A stretch of 64,000 bases of DNA, from NCBI RefSeq assembly GCF_006345805.1, contig NC_043000.1, positions 123,752,001-123,816,000 of the forward strand, given 5' to 3'. The position numbers and the translations under genes were made by a program. Below are positions 1 to 11,681 of the stretch, in pieces; the stretch's first letter is position 1, and every line of letters starts with the position of its first letter. This DNA comes from Octopus sinensis (Eukaryota). The notes below the pieces were generated by a model. It saw only the letters and a program-made list of their open reading frames with translations. It ran no database searches and was not told the DNA's origin.

Positions 1-86
1 ACCGAATCTGGAACTTAACTATGGTCTGTCTATAGCACTTATTCAGCATTACCTGACACCTTTGGGTCTCAATGACACCATTATCT

Positions 87-88
<2 letters not shown>

Positions 89-134
<46 letters not shown>
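89..134. repeat. (TA)n microsatellite
   Basis: Pure TA run. Confidence 0.95.
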
Positions 135-137
<3 letters not shown>

Positions 138-309
138 AAAAGGTGAGAGCTAGATATACTCAGTATAGAAAGCATGAAGTAATGCTCAAATGATCTGAAC
201 TTAAACACTGATAATTTAAACTCTCAAGAAAATACATCATCTCTGAACAACTGCTAAAGTCTTAGAAGACATGAGAACAAGGTCTCATTTCATTACAGTA
301 ACACAATTA

Positions 310-500
310 CAAATATGTGCTAACATACATATACACACATGCACAAACGTACACACACATGCACAAATGTACTCACACATGCACAAACATACACACATGC
401 ACAAACGTGCAGACATATGCTCAAACGTGCATACACATACACAAACGTGCATACACATGCACAAACGTGCATACACATGCACAAACATACACACACATGC
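310..500. repeat. Degenerate CA-rich minisatellite
   Basis: Repeats of units like acacatgcacaaacgtgcat; source of the spurious His/Thr and Cys/Val ORFs. Confidence 0.85.
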
Positions 501-824
501 ACAACTGCTAGAAATAATAGTCAAGTTTTCATTAATTTTAGACTTTTTTTGTATCAACCTGCTTTTTTTCTTTGTTTTATTTTCTATGTGAGCTGAATAC
601 ACTCCACTTTATTATGTATGCATGCATTTCTTTCGATTAGTAATTGCTTTCTTTGCAAAATTCAATCCAGTCACTCACAACGTGACAAGTTTCTGTTTTT
701 AATAAAAATCAAGACAGCTCTCGGAGTCTCTGGCCATCTGGATTGTTTGATAAGTGCAGTTATGTATGTGTGTTTGGATGAAGTTGCTCTTGTATTGTGA
801 TTGTACATATATTACTTTATTATG

Positions 825-1105
825 TAAGTGTGTATGTATGTGTGTGTGCTTCAATGATGTTTGTTTTTGTGTGTGTGTGTGTGTGCATGTGTGCTTCATT
901 GATGTTTGTGTGTATGTATATGTCTGTGTGTGTGTATGTATATGTATGTATGTATGTATGTATGTGTATGTATGTATGTTTATGTATGTATGTGTATGTA
1001 TGTTTATGTATGTATGTGTATGTATGTTTATGTATGTATGTGTATGTATGTATGTTTATGTATGTATGTGTATGTATGTATATATATGTATATATATATT
1101 CTATA
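825..1105. repeat. Compound (TG)n/(TATG)n microsatellite
   Basis: Direct reading. Confidence 0.9.
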
Positions 1106-1816
1106 TGTGATTGTATGCATGTGTTCAATTCTGGGGTCTCAAATGGAGAATCCCTAGAATGTTCTGCAGATTTTCACAGTACCTCTTACCAATTGCATTT
1201 GTGTGAATATGAATCAGCTTATTCTGTTCTTCTTTGGTGAACCCCAACATATCTAGGTTTGTGCGTGTGTGTGTGTGCTCACGTGCATGCCTGTGTATTT
1301 AAACCTAAGCATGTATATATATGTTCATATTTATATGTGTGTTTTGTATATATTGATGGACAGGTGTATGCATATTTGTACGAATGCATTGTTGATTGTA
1401 TATTGTGTATGCATTTCTGCTTGTAGGTTTGTATGAGTGTACATGAGAGAATATATATGTGAAATATTTTGTATTGCATACATCAGACAGCTGCAAAATA
1501 AAGTTCTCTTCCTCACAGACAGATCAGCTCTATTAATGATGTTTATAGAAATTTTCTAATGTTAACAGAAATGTACTTGTAAGGCAATTGATTTGATCTG
1601 AGACTGTGTGTCAAATCTCAAAACAATTACAGCATAGAAGACACACATCAGCCATTCAAAAGCACACAGGGATTGTTAAATGAGTTTTTGAATAGCTTAA
1701 TGTGTCTTCCACACTGTACTTGTCTCATGTTAGCTTCATAAATATATTCTATGAAAATAAGCTTTGAACTAAGGTATGAAATTGCAGACATTTTCTTTTC
1801 TTGTCTTCTCACCTAG

Positions 1817-1951
1817 GTGTTCCAAGAAGCCTCAAGTTTTCACAGGTGAAAGAGTTATTGAATAATGTTCCTGGTGTGAAAGCAATCCATAATTTGAGGA
1901 TGTGGTGTTTGACAACCAATAAAATTGCATTATCTGTCCATTTAGCTGTTG
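1817..1951 (+). CDS. Zinc transporter SLC30A/ZnT2-like, penultimate coding exon (cytosolic C-terminal domain)
   Basis: ctag| acceptor and |gtaagt donor; 135 nt, phase 1-1. Translates (G)VPRSLKFSQVKELLNNVPGVKAIHNLRMWCLTTNKIALSVHLAV, matching the CDF/ZnT2-family pattern GxP...V..V..VHxL(H/R)IW.L.....LSVH. Confidence 0.9.
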
Positions 1952-2065
1952 GTAAGTGAAGCTGGCTTTTAAAATTACTGTTTTTATTTTTACTGTTGCC
2001 TTGATGTCTAACGTAGACACAAATCTTCACATTTTGTGTAATAGTGTATATATATACCTACCCCA

Positions 2066-2297
2066 CAAGGCGGCGAGCTGGCAGAAACGTTAGCACACCG
2101 GGCGAAATGCATAGCCGTATTTCGTCTGTCATTATGTTCTGAGTTCAAATTCCGCCGAGATTGACTTTGCTTTTCATCCTTTCAGGATCGATAAATAAAG
2201 TACCAGTTTTGCACTGGGGTCAATGTAATCGACTTAATCCCTTTGTCTGTCCTTGTTTGTCCCCTCTAATGTTTAGCCCCTTGTGGGCAGTAAAAAA
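2066..2297 (+). mobile_element. tRNA-derived SINE, family A (ggcggcgagctggcagaa head; central gactttgcctttcatcctttc domain) with 18-bp TSD
   Basis: Internal B-box-like gagttcaaattcc; flanked by atatatatacctacccca at 2048-2065 and 2298-2315. More than 20 related copies occur in the window. Confidence 0.85.
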
Positions 2298-2698
2298 ATA
2301 TATATACCTACCCCAGTACTTACTTCCATAAGGATGATGGGCAAAGCTGATAAAGGTAGGATTTGAACTCAAAATATAAAGGGACTTGAGTTAAATGCTG
2401 CATAGCATTATAGCATGCACCTTCTGTTCTGTGATTTCTACTTCTTTACTAATCACTGCCTTTTAATCTGGGGAAATATTACCATATTTGGAAACAGGTA
2501 TGGGTCGATGTTACAGAAAGGGCATCTGACCATAGAAAATCTGCGTCAGTAAACTCTGCCTAACCCATGCAAGCATGGAAAAGTGGACATTAAAACAATT
2601 ATGATGATGATGATGTCTCAGTCTTATTGCACAACACCTTGGGCAAGTGTTTCTACTATTACTTGTTGTTAAAATTTATGTGCAATGAGTTGCTTGTA

Positions 2699-3880
2699 TT
2701 GGTCATCCCATAAATAATGCGATTTTTGCAATTGTATGAACTAAAATTGGAGGGGGACAGGATAAAGTACCTGCATCAACTTGCTATAAAAGCAGGTAGT
2801 AATTTTACCATGTGCTTATTCTTAGTGCAAGTTTTGAAGAGTGCAGTTTGATTTTAACAGTTATTTTTTCAAAGCTATAATGGAAGTGACAAAGGAGCAT
2901 ATTCAGCATATTTTGCTTTATGAGTTCAATGAAGGCAACAGTGCAATGGAAACTTTGAGGAATATTAATGCAGTATATAGGGATTAGACAATAAGCATAA
3001 GTCAATGTCAATGGTGGTTCCAGAAATTCCAAGCTGAAAACTACAGCCTAAAAGACTAGCCTCATCCTGGAAGATCTGTAGAGCTTGATGAGGACATCCT
3101 GCAAACCCAGGTGAAACAAAATCCCATGTAACTGCTGAGGAACTAGCAGAGAAGCTTAGATTTATTGACACCTGCGTACCATCAGAAAGTCAGCAAATTG
3201 GGTCAAATTCTTCGCATACTTTCCAAATCTAATTATATGCAGAGAGCGAATGTGTGCTCTTCTTTACTGTCACATCTCATGAATAAGCCCCTTTTTTAGT
3301 GGGGGAGACTGAATAGTGACTGATGATGAGAAATGGTTTCTCTATAAAAATGTCAAGTGCGGAAGACAGTGGGAAGGGAAAGGAGAAACACCAGCATCCC
3401 AGCTAAAGAAGGTTTTCACCCACATAAGATATTGTTATCTGTTTGGTGGGATGTGAAAGGTTTAGTCCACTTTCAACTTTTAAACCCAAACCAAACAATA
3501 ACAAAGGGGATCTACTGCATGCAGCTTAAGTCAGTGCTAGAAGAAAAATGACCATCTTTGGTTTTAAGACAAAAGGTGTTCTTCCATCAGGATAATGCTC
3601 AGCCACATACAGTGAGGATGACATTCCAAAGGCTGGAGTATTCATCAGACATTGCCCCATCTGATTATCATTTATTCTGCAGTCTTCAAAATCATTTGAA
3701 CGGAAAAAATATGAATTCTGTAGATGAGGTCAGAACAGTACTAGAGGAGTATTTTTCATTACAGACAAGTGAATTTTAGAAGAGGGGCCTTGCAAGTCCA
3801 CCAGATAGATGGAAGAGCATTGTAGAAAATGGAGGAGAGTATATTTTTGATGGAAAAAGAACTTTATCTTAATTTTGAAA
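2699..3880 (+). mobile_element. Mariner (DD34D) transposon relic in the last ZnT intron
   Basis: TA followed by TIR-like ttggtcatcccataaataatgc. ATG at 2880 gives MEVTKEHIQHILLYEFNEGNSAMETLRNIN, with stops and frameshifts further on. Motifs LLSVWWDVKG, FHQDNAQPH and YSSDIAPSDYHLF are present. Right TIR not seen. Confidence 0.88.
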
Positions 3881-3991
3881 TTAGGGTTAGGCCAAAAATG
3901 GTTTAAAACCATTACTCTAAACTGCTGTCTGTAGCACTCTGTAAATATTATTCAATCATTCAAAAAACTTTTGTGTTCATATTTTTTACAG

Positions 3992-4137
3992 ACCAATATT
4001 CTGATCCATTGAAAATAATGCGAGAAGCTACCAACATACTAACAAATCGATTTGGTCCAATGGAAGTAACTATCCAAGTTGAGGAATATGAAGAAAACAT
4101 GAACGAATGTGTCCAATGTCAAGATCCAAAAGATTAG
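3992..4137 (+). CDS. Zinc transporter SLC30A/ZnT2-like, terminal coding exon
   Basis: ttttttacag| acceptor, in frame with the previous exon: (D)QYSDPLKIMREATNILTNRFGPMEVTIQVEEYEENMNECVQCQDPKD*. Has the typical ZnT2/3/4/8 ending TIQ(V/I)E.Y...M..C..CQ.P.D; TAG at 4135-4137. Confidence 0.9.
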
Positions 4138-4264
4138 CAAGTTTTTCCACCTCAAATATTTCAACTTTCTCCCAAAAACTGCCATCCTGGGTTGGTGGGG
4201 AAGACATTTAAAGGTGTTGGATATAGATATATACCAATGTATGCGTATATACTGACTGTCTAGT

Positions 4265-4565
4265 GCATTTGTGTGTGTGTCTATGCATACTTTACATACA
4301 TATGTTTACATGTATATTATACACACACACACACACGTGTATGCACACTTCCAGGCACAAACACACATTTATACTCACACACTCACACACACATATTTAC
4401 ATATACACACTCATACACAAACTTTACATACATATGTTGACATATATATTACACACACACATGTGTATGCACACCTCCAGGCACAAACACACATATCCAT
4501 ACTCACACACACTCACACACACATATTTACATATACACACTCATACACAAAGATCTATACACCTG
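4265..4565. repeat. CA-rich repeat containing an internal ~135-bp tandem duplication
   Basis: actttacatacatatgtt...gtatgcacac..ccaggcacaaacacac...acatatttacatatacacactcatacacaaa occurs twice. Confidence 0.8.
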
Positions 4566-4997
4566 TATGAAACTGCCTTAAGCACACACTCAAACAGCTT
4601 CCTTTGGGCTTTCCCTGCTGTTTCTTTGTCACAGTTTTTGTCTGTGGGGTTTATATTGTTATTTATACAAAACCATTGAACCTTGCTCTTTCTCTCAAAA
4701 TATTTCTCTTTCATCTTGCCGCTGCCACCACCACCATCATCATTATCATTATCATCACTATTTTCTTCACAATTCATTCATCAATAATAACAAGGCTAAT
4801 CTGGGAAACATCTTGGGTCCAAAGCCCTTATCTCTGTTAGTTCATTGTCGATAACCAAGAGCTTTTTAAGCTTGGTATTTTTGTTGTTGTTTTTTTTGTT
4901 TTGTTTTTTTGTTAAGGGTTGGGACTAATTTTATCTAATTTTTTTTTTGTATGTTGATTGTATATATTTTATGACATTTTAAATTATTAAATGTTGA

Positions 4998-5003
4998 AAT
5001 AAA
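4998..5003 (+). terminator. Candidate poly(A) signal of the ZnT gene
   Basis: AATAAA ~860 nt after the stop codon; not verifiable without transcripts. Confidence 0.3.
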
Positions 5004-5411
5004 GAGAAATTGAATGTGAATAGATTAATGAATCGTACAATGAAACTTGTGGCACCTAATGCAGTGTGTGTGTGTGTAATACTGATTTGACTAACGCTTC
5101 AGTTTTTGCTTTCAACCATTGACTTAGCTGTTATATATAAAACCTAAATATACAGTCAATATTATTAATATATTTCTCTCTATGCGTAGCGTCTCACCAT
5201 CAGTAAATGATTTTGCTGTTCTTCAACATAATGCACCTCCCAGTCTAGGAATGGAAACCAGTCTTGTGATCATGAGTGCAACACCCAAACCACCAGACCA
5301 ACACACACACACTCTCGCCCACCCCTCTCTCTCCTTGTTACAGTTTACTATAAATTATTTGGAATGTTCCATCTTTAATTGCCAACAAAATGGAACTCTG
5401 ACTTTCTTTAA

Positions 5412-5631
5412 CCCTTTCATTACTGTATTTATTTTGAGATGCTTTGTGTTTCTTTCAATTACTTTAAATATAACAAAGAATTTAGTAAAATAAGTCAGTT
5501 AACATTAAGCTAGTGTTAGGAATATAAACTATGACTAAGGTTTGGTGAAAGATTTTAATTCAAAACTTATGAAAACAAGACGTTTTTACTCAGAGCCAGA
5601 GCCAATTTCAGCTGGGTTGGTAACAAAAGGG
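5412..5631. mobile_element. piggyBac-like MITE (~220 bp) with TTAA target duplication
   Basis: TTAA|CCCTTTCATTAC ... GTAACAAAAGGG|TTAA; a second copy is at 22389-22604. Confidence 0.8.
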
Positions 5632-6019
5632 TTAAATTATAAATAATGCTTGTTGAATAACTCTGATCTTTTTCAATCCCATTTTCTGATCTTTGAAAAA
5701 GTATCAGACTTACTATAAGCTAGGCTGTTGAATTAATGAACAACAACAATAATTATAATTATGATTAGCATTATTGTTGTTATTCATGTTGTCAAATCAT
5801 CAGATATTTTATATGCTTGGCAGTTGTGAAGAATTTGAAAGTTTAAGCTTTGTATTGTGCATGAGAGAAAAAAGGATGTAGTGTGTTTTGTGTATGCTTT
5901 ATGTGTAGATATTGTACCTTCATGCTCTTGTATAAGACCATGTTATCATGCCCTTGTTTCAATGTTTTCAAGGTCTCTATTTTTGTGATACACCTCTGGC
6001 AGGAAATGCTTAGTTATAG

Positions 6020-6345
6020 TGAAGGTGCATGGCTTAAGGGTTAGGGTATTCAGTTTATGGTCATAAGGTTCCTAGTTCGATTCCCGGTGGCATGCTGTGT
6101 CCTTGAGCAAGACATTTTACTTCACATTGTTCCACTCCATTCAGCTGGCAAAAGTGAGTTGTATCTGTATTTCAAAGGTCCAGCCTTGTCACATTCTGTG
6201 TCATGCTAAGTCTCCTTGAGAACTATGCTAAGGGAGCACATGTCTGGAGTGCTCAACCTCTTCCAAATTATATTCCCAAGCAGGCTGTTCCATTGATCGG
6301 ATCAGCTGGAACCCTCATTGTTGTTACAAATGGAGAGTAGTAGGA
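6020..6345 (+). mobile_element. tRNA-derived SINE, family D
   Basis: Head ggtgcatggcttaagggttaggg...gttcgattccc followed by tgtgtccttgagcaagac; homologous to 48349-48676. Confidence 0.75.
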
Positions 6346-7795
6346 TGACACCTCTGCACAAATATTGCAAAGTATATTATTATTATCTGCACAGGAATAT
6401 ATATTATTGGAGATAACAAGACAGTTTCATTGTAATAAACAAATATATATAAACAAGGGTTTATATAGTTACCTTACAAATGAATATTAACTGTAATGTT
6501 CAACATTCTTTGTATAGGTAACTAACCAATACTTTCAGAGGATTTTGCTATCCCTTAATGAAGTTCATAACTTTTATTTGAATATATATATATATATTAT
6601 ACATATCATCATCATTTAAAATGGACATTAAACAATGATGATGATATATATATAAATAATTGTTGCTGGCATAAAGTAATGAATTACTTTATTACAGTAC
6701 AGAAGACAAAATCAAACCTTGACTCACACTTCTGTTGACAGATTAGGAAATGAGTATAACACTACTGATATTAAAATAAAAAAGTTTCCCAAAAATTAAA
6801 CATACAAAGTATATTTAGAGCAACTAACACACAGACATACGCACACATATATACATACAATTCACTATACACTTAAATAACCGCATACATACTCTCTCAC
6901 ACACACACAATTATTTTACCCAAACATGCCCATAAAATGACCCTTACACTAAAAATACAAGCAAGGCTGATCCAAGCAATTTCAGATGAATGGGTTTATC
7001 TTTTGGTATCTTGTGTTGCTAAAGTGTAGAAAGTATGTTTGTGTTTTTTAAAAAAGAGTGTTTTTATGTAGATTTTTTTTAAACTTCAGGGAGACCACCT
7101 TCTTGAATGTCACAGTACAGGATGTGGACTCCTTGAGCACCAGGCCTCCTTGGGTATGGGGCCCAATTGGGAGCAATCGATCCAATTGGCTTAAGGCTGG
7201 CCCTGTTGTTTGGTAATATTATTATCCTTCTGTAACCTGTTCTTCCATCACTTAAACATGAGTCTAATTTATGTTTCATGTTACCAATTATTGCATATTA
7301 GAGTTAGATTTCAATCTAACTTCTAATTAATTTCATTTGTTCCTATCCAATTACAGTGACCTGTTTTCGTTCAGCATCCATAGTTGCTTTGCTTAGCCAT
7401 TCAGCTTCATCATGGTACCCTGTTCTTATTTACAGCACTTCAGTTCTTGTCTGTATTGCTACTTCACTTTACTATTTATGCAAGCATTCTTTTTATTTTC
7501 TTTAGTAAATCGGTTAACATGTAATTAGTAAAGGAAAATGTTTGGAAATTTTGGTGAGGAGACCTTTTATTTTTCAGTGAGAGTACCGTTGAGTGGTGGT
7601 AAACTCCAGCAAGCTAAGCCAATTCTGTAATATTTTTAATTATTAGTTGACTCATTTCACATCATTCAATCTTCCTAGTTGTGATTTCTGACCTTAGTCA
7701 TTAAACTGGAGAATTAAATTACCACTGCTGCATAGTCTAATGGTATAAAGGTTCAGACTGTTATGTAGAATGTCTACCTGTGAACCTCCTCTTAT

Positions 7796-8030
7796 GGTGA
7801 GATGAGCTGGCAGAAACGTTAGCACGACGGGCGAAATGCGTAGCCGCATTTCGTCCGCCACTACATTCTGAGTTCAAATTCCGCCGAGGTCGACTTTGCC
7901 TTTCATCCTTTCGGGGTCGATAAATTAAGTACCAGTTACGCACTGGGGTCGATATAATCGACTTAATCCATTTGTCTGTCCTTGTTTGTCCCCTCTATGT
8001 TTAGCCCCTTGTGGATAATAAAGAAAGAAA
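7796..8030 (+). mobile_element. tRNA-derived SINE, family A
   Basis: Near-identical to 2066-2297 and 17802-18020. Confidence 0.85.
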
Positions 8031-8585
8031 CAGATTTTCCTGTGTCAAATATTTACAGACATGTGAGTTGAGCCATTGAAAATTAAGTGCCTTACAAGAT
8101 ATACAATGTAGGCTCGCCCTCCATAAATGCATACATCTGATGCTGTTCATCCAACATGCCATCATTTAAATGGGTCTCATCAATTTATTAGGAACATATT
8201 CAGTTATCCCTACTAAAACTATTTATTCTAGAGTTTTAACTCTATTGTTTTCCCTTTTTTTTTTCTTTACTCCACCTGCTTCGACTCCTTTCAACAAGCT
8301 GCTTGTGTATCACTGCCAATCAAATCCACTTGCTTCTACTCCTTTCTTCCACTCAATACTGTATCTCTCTACTCCTTCCCCCCACCCCGCCCCATATGCA
8401 TACCTTGAGTCAGCACTCATCAGCATTTCCAATCTTTCCTTCCCAGAACATCCACCCTCTGGATGTTCTCCGCAGGTGTTGACAGACTGAATGTCACCTC
8501 TATTTCAGCGGGCCCTATGAAAGTCATCAGCACTGCTCTTTCTTCCAAATTAACAATTAAGAAAAAAAATAAGAAAAAAAATCTA

Positions 8586-8995
8586 GGCACAGGAGTGGCT
8601 GTGTGGTAAGTAGCTTGCTTACCAACCACATGGTTCCAGGTTCAGTCCCACTGCGTGGCACCTTGGGCAAGTGTCTTCTACTATAGCCTCAGGCTGACCA
8701 AAGCCTTGTGAGTAGATTTGGTAGACGGAAACTGAAAGAAGCCCGTTGTATATATGTATATATATGTGTGTGTGTGTGTGTATGTTTGTGTGTCTGTGTT
8801 TGTCCCCCCAACATCGCTTGACAACCAATGCTGGTGTGTTTACATCCCCATAACTTAGCAGTTCGGCAAAAGAGCCCGATAGAATAAGTACTAGGCTTAC
8901 AAAGAATAAGTCCTGGGGTCGATTTGCTCGACTAAAGGCGGTGCTCCAGCATGGCCACAGTCAAATGACTGAAACAAGTAAAAGAGTAAAGACTA
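8586..8995 (+). mobile_element. tRNA-derived SINE, family B (CORE-like ggcaccttgggcaagt box, internal TA/TG microsatellite, gtaaaaga tail)
   Basis: Full-length copy from aggagtggctgtgtggtaag to gaaacaagtaaaagagtaaa; at least 10 related copies or fragments in the window. Confidence 0.85.
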
Positions 8996-9539
8996 CATAA
9001 ATGACAAGCATGATTTTCCTCATGTGCCTTTTTGAAATATTGGAAACCCCCAATTTACTAAAGGAATTTACCACTAAAATTCTTTAATCATAGGAGGCAA
9101 CTACAGTTTTATAACATTAATAACAAATATGATCTCTGCAACGCTTTCACATTCCTGCAGGCTCAGACCTGCAAATATGTAAACCTATTTCTGATAGATT
9201 CTTCTTGTAAAATCAATGAGATTTAGTTCAATTTTTGGAGTTATTCTGACTTAATTTTTATCTTTGTTGCTAGTTAGGTCTCTTAGAAAGTCACCACTAG
9301 CATTCAGTTCCTTTAATTATTGGCTAATAATATTGTTTAATTAATAGCAAATTTCTGTTGTGAGCACTTTTTATGCTTCCTTCATAACTGAAAAGCACCT
9401 GATTTATAAGTTATGATTCCTGAACCAGAAAGCTGTGACATACTGAGGTATCAATAATGTTAGCCACCCCAGCATGACCACAGTCTAATGACTGAAACAT
9501 GTAAAAGATATATATATATATATATATATAAATTTAAAA

Positions 9540-9812
9540 ACATTTGAGCGAGGTCATCGCAGTGCTGCTGGACTGGCTCCTGTGCAGGTGGCACATAAAA
9601 AGCACTATTTGAGCGTGGCCATTGCCAGTACCACCAAACTGGCCTATCATGTCGGTGGCACATAAAAGCACCCATTACACTCTCAGAGTGGTTGGCGTTA
9701 GGAAGGGCATCCAGCTGTAGAAACTCTGCCAGATCAGATTGGAGTCTGGTTCGCCAGACCCCAGTCAAATCGTCCAACCCATGCTAGCATGGAAAGCGGA
9801 CGTTAAATGATG
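9540..9812 (+). mobile_element. RTE LINE 3' end / RTE-tailed element, family C
   Basis: gtggcacataaaa modules, then gttaggaagggcatccagctgtag ... ggaaagcggacgttaaatgatgat tail. Confidence 0.8.
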
Positions 9813-10394
9813 ATAAATATAAATAATAATTGAATGCTGTGAGCAGTGCATAAGCAGCTCATTTACCAAATCAAACTAAACTTCTAAAATTCTTGAAAGC
9901 AAACTAAGAGTGTAACAGATCAACCCTTCTGCTAACAGCCTGCAAAAGTCCTCCCTGGTTCTATGACACAAAATTCAAGTACAACCTGGGTTATATCAAG
10001 TGAAAAAAGGTTAAGTATGAAATCTATTAAATAGAAATGAGTTCACCCACAATTCACAGCTGAGGTTTTACATTTTGATTTAGTGTATGTGAGGAAAATA
10101 TTACTGAAACAGAATGTAGACATTACACTTGCATCTCATCAGAAATTATTATTTACCCTCTTGTGTGGCAGGAAATTTTTAATGGTATAGTGAGATGAGG
10201 AAGAGGAGTGCTCATGACCCTTTTGGGGGACTGTTATGAGTGATGGAAGGAAGATATCCCCAGACCAGAGACATGGCCCCAAATACTTGCAATTGTATGA
10301 ACTCTGATGAAAGTACTCAAGGACCATCAGGTGGTGGTATTATGGTATTAAACTGAGCAATACATAGATTTAGTTGAGACATAGCTAAATATTC

Positions 10395-10396
<2 letters not shown>

Positions 10397-10479
<83 letters not shown>
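10397..10479. repeat. (CT)n microsatellite
   Basis: Pure run. Confidence 0.95.
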
Positions 10480-10481
<2 letters not shown>

Positions 10482-10861
10482 CTTCAGAGAGGTTGCTGGT
10501 GTAAGAAGCAGTATGAGATATGAATTTCTAAGGGAAAGTGTGAAATGTGAAAGAAGAGCTGGCAGAGCTTTAGAAATTTTAGTAAGAAATATAATACATT
10601 CCCTACTTTTAGGCCACTTTAAATAAAACCCTCAATTCAATAGCACTGTGTACAAACTCTATACTTGGAATGACCAATTTTAAATACTATTGGAATTTAC
10701 TCACAAGATATTGGAATCTAATATGTATACCATTCTGCCTAAAAAAATGGATCTACAAATGCAATATCCCTGCATATCTCACATCTATTTTCATTCCTCC
10801 ACTTCTCTCTCTATTTCATATCTTATCTAAATTAACTATTGCTTAACCATTTTCTCACACC

Positions 10862-10909
10862 GTCTCTGATGAAGGGATATAATAAATATCTTGGAAACAG
10901 CTGTAAGAC
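10862..10909 (+). ncRNA. Minimal type-I hammerhead ribozyme motif (Penelope-like)
   Basis: Stem I GUCU/AGAC; CUGAUGA at 10866-72; stem II GGGAUA/UAUCUU; GAAAC at 10894-98; palindromic stem III ACAGCUGU; cleavage triplet GUA (10903-05). The base pair next to the core (A10873/G10893) is non-canonical. Confidence 0.75.
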
Positions 10910-11681
10910 CTATTTATAAATGTTCTAAAATCTTCACAGCCTTGGTTTTTATAAAAAAAAAATTATATATATACTTAAATAAACCTCATTATTATAATTT
11001 CTCATATAGGCACAAGTCCTCAGTTTTCTTTTTTTTTTTAGTTTTTTTTTTTTAATTTCCCAAAATATTACTGGTACATATTTTATTAGTCCCACATGAA
11101 TAAATGACAGATTTGAAAACTGAACCTAGAGAAATGAAACTAAATATAGCAATTCACTTAGTTCAGAGACTATGTTTTGCCACTCTGCTCCCTTTTATTA
11201 TTATTATTATAATTAAAGTGGTGAGTTGATAGAATTGTTAGCATGCCAGGAAAATTGCTTAGTGGCATTCCGTCCACCTTTAACATTCTGGGTTCAAAAT
11301 CCACCAAGGTCAACTTTGCCTTTCATTCTTTTGGGGTCAATAAATTAAGTACCAGTGAAACACTGGGTTTGATGTTATTGACTGTCCCCTCCCCTAGAAT
11401 TTCAGACCTTGTGCCTTTAGTAGAAAGGATTATTATAATTTTTATTATTGTTATTATTATTTTACTTCTCAAAGCTCTCAGTCATACTTGTTCTGGTTGA
11501 TTCTGTGAGAGCAGACAGCAACCTGTTGTCTGGGATCACACAGGGTCTCTTTCTGCAAATTATAAGCTTTGGTACCTGGTTGTTAACTTATCATGGAAGA
11601 CAATCAACACCCGAGTACCAATCTCAAAATCCCAACTGTCCCCATTGTTGTTATTATTATTATTATTAATCAAAACAAATC

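Noticed and set aside
271-1240. His/Thr-, Cys/Val- and Tyr/Ile-rich ORFs here and throughout the ORF track
   Set aside because: Translations of CA/TG/TA/TATG/ATT microsatellites.
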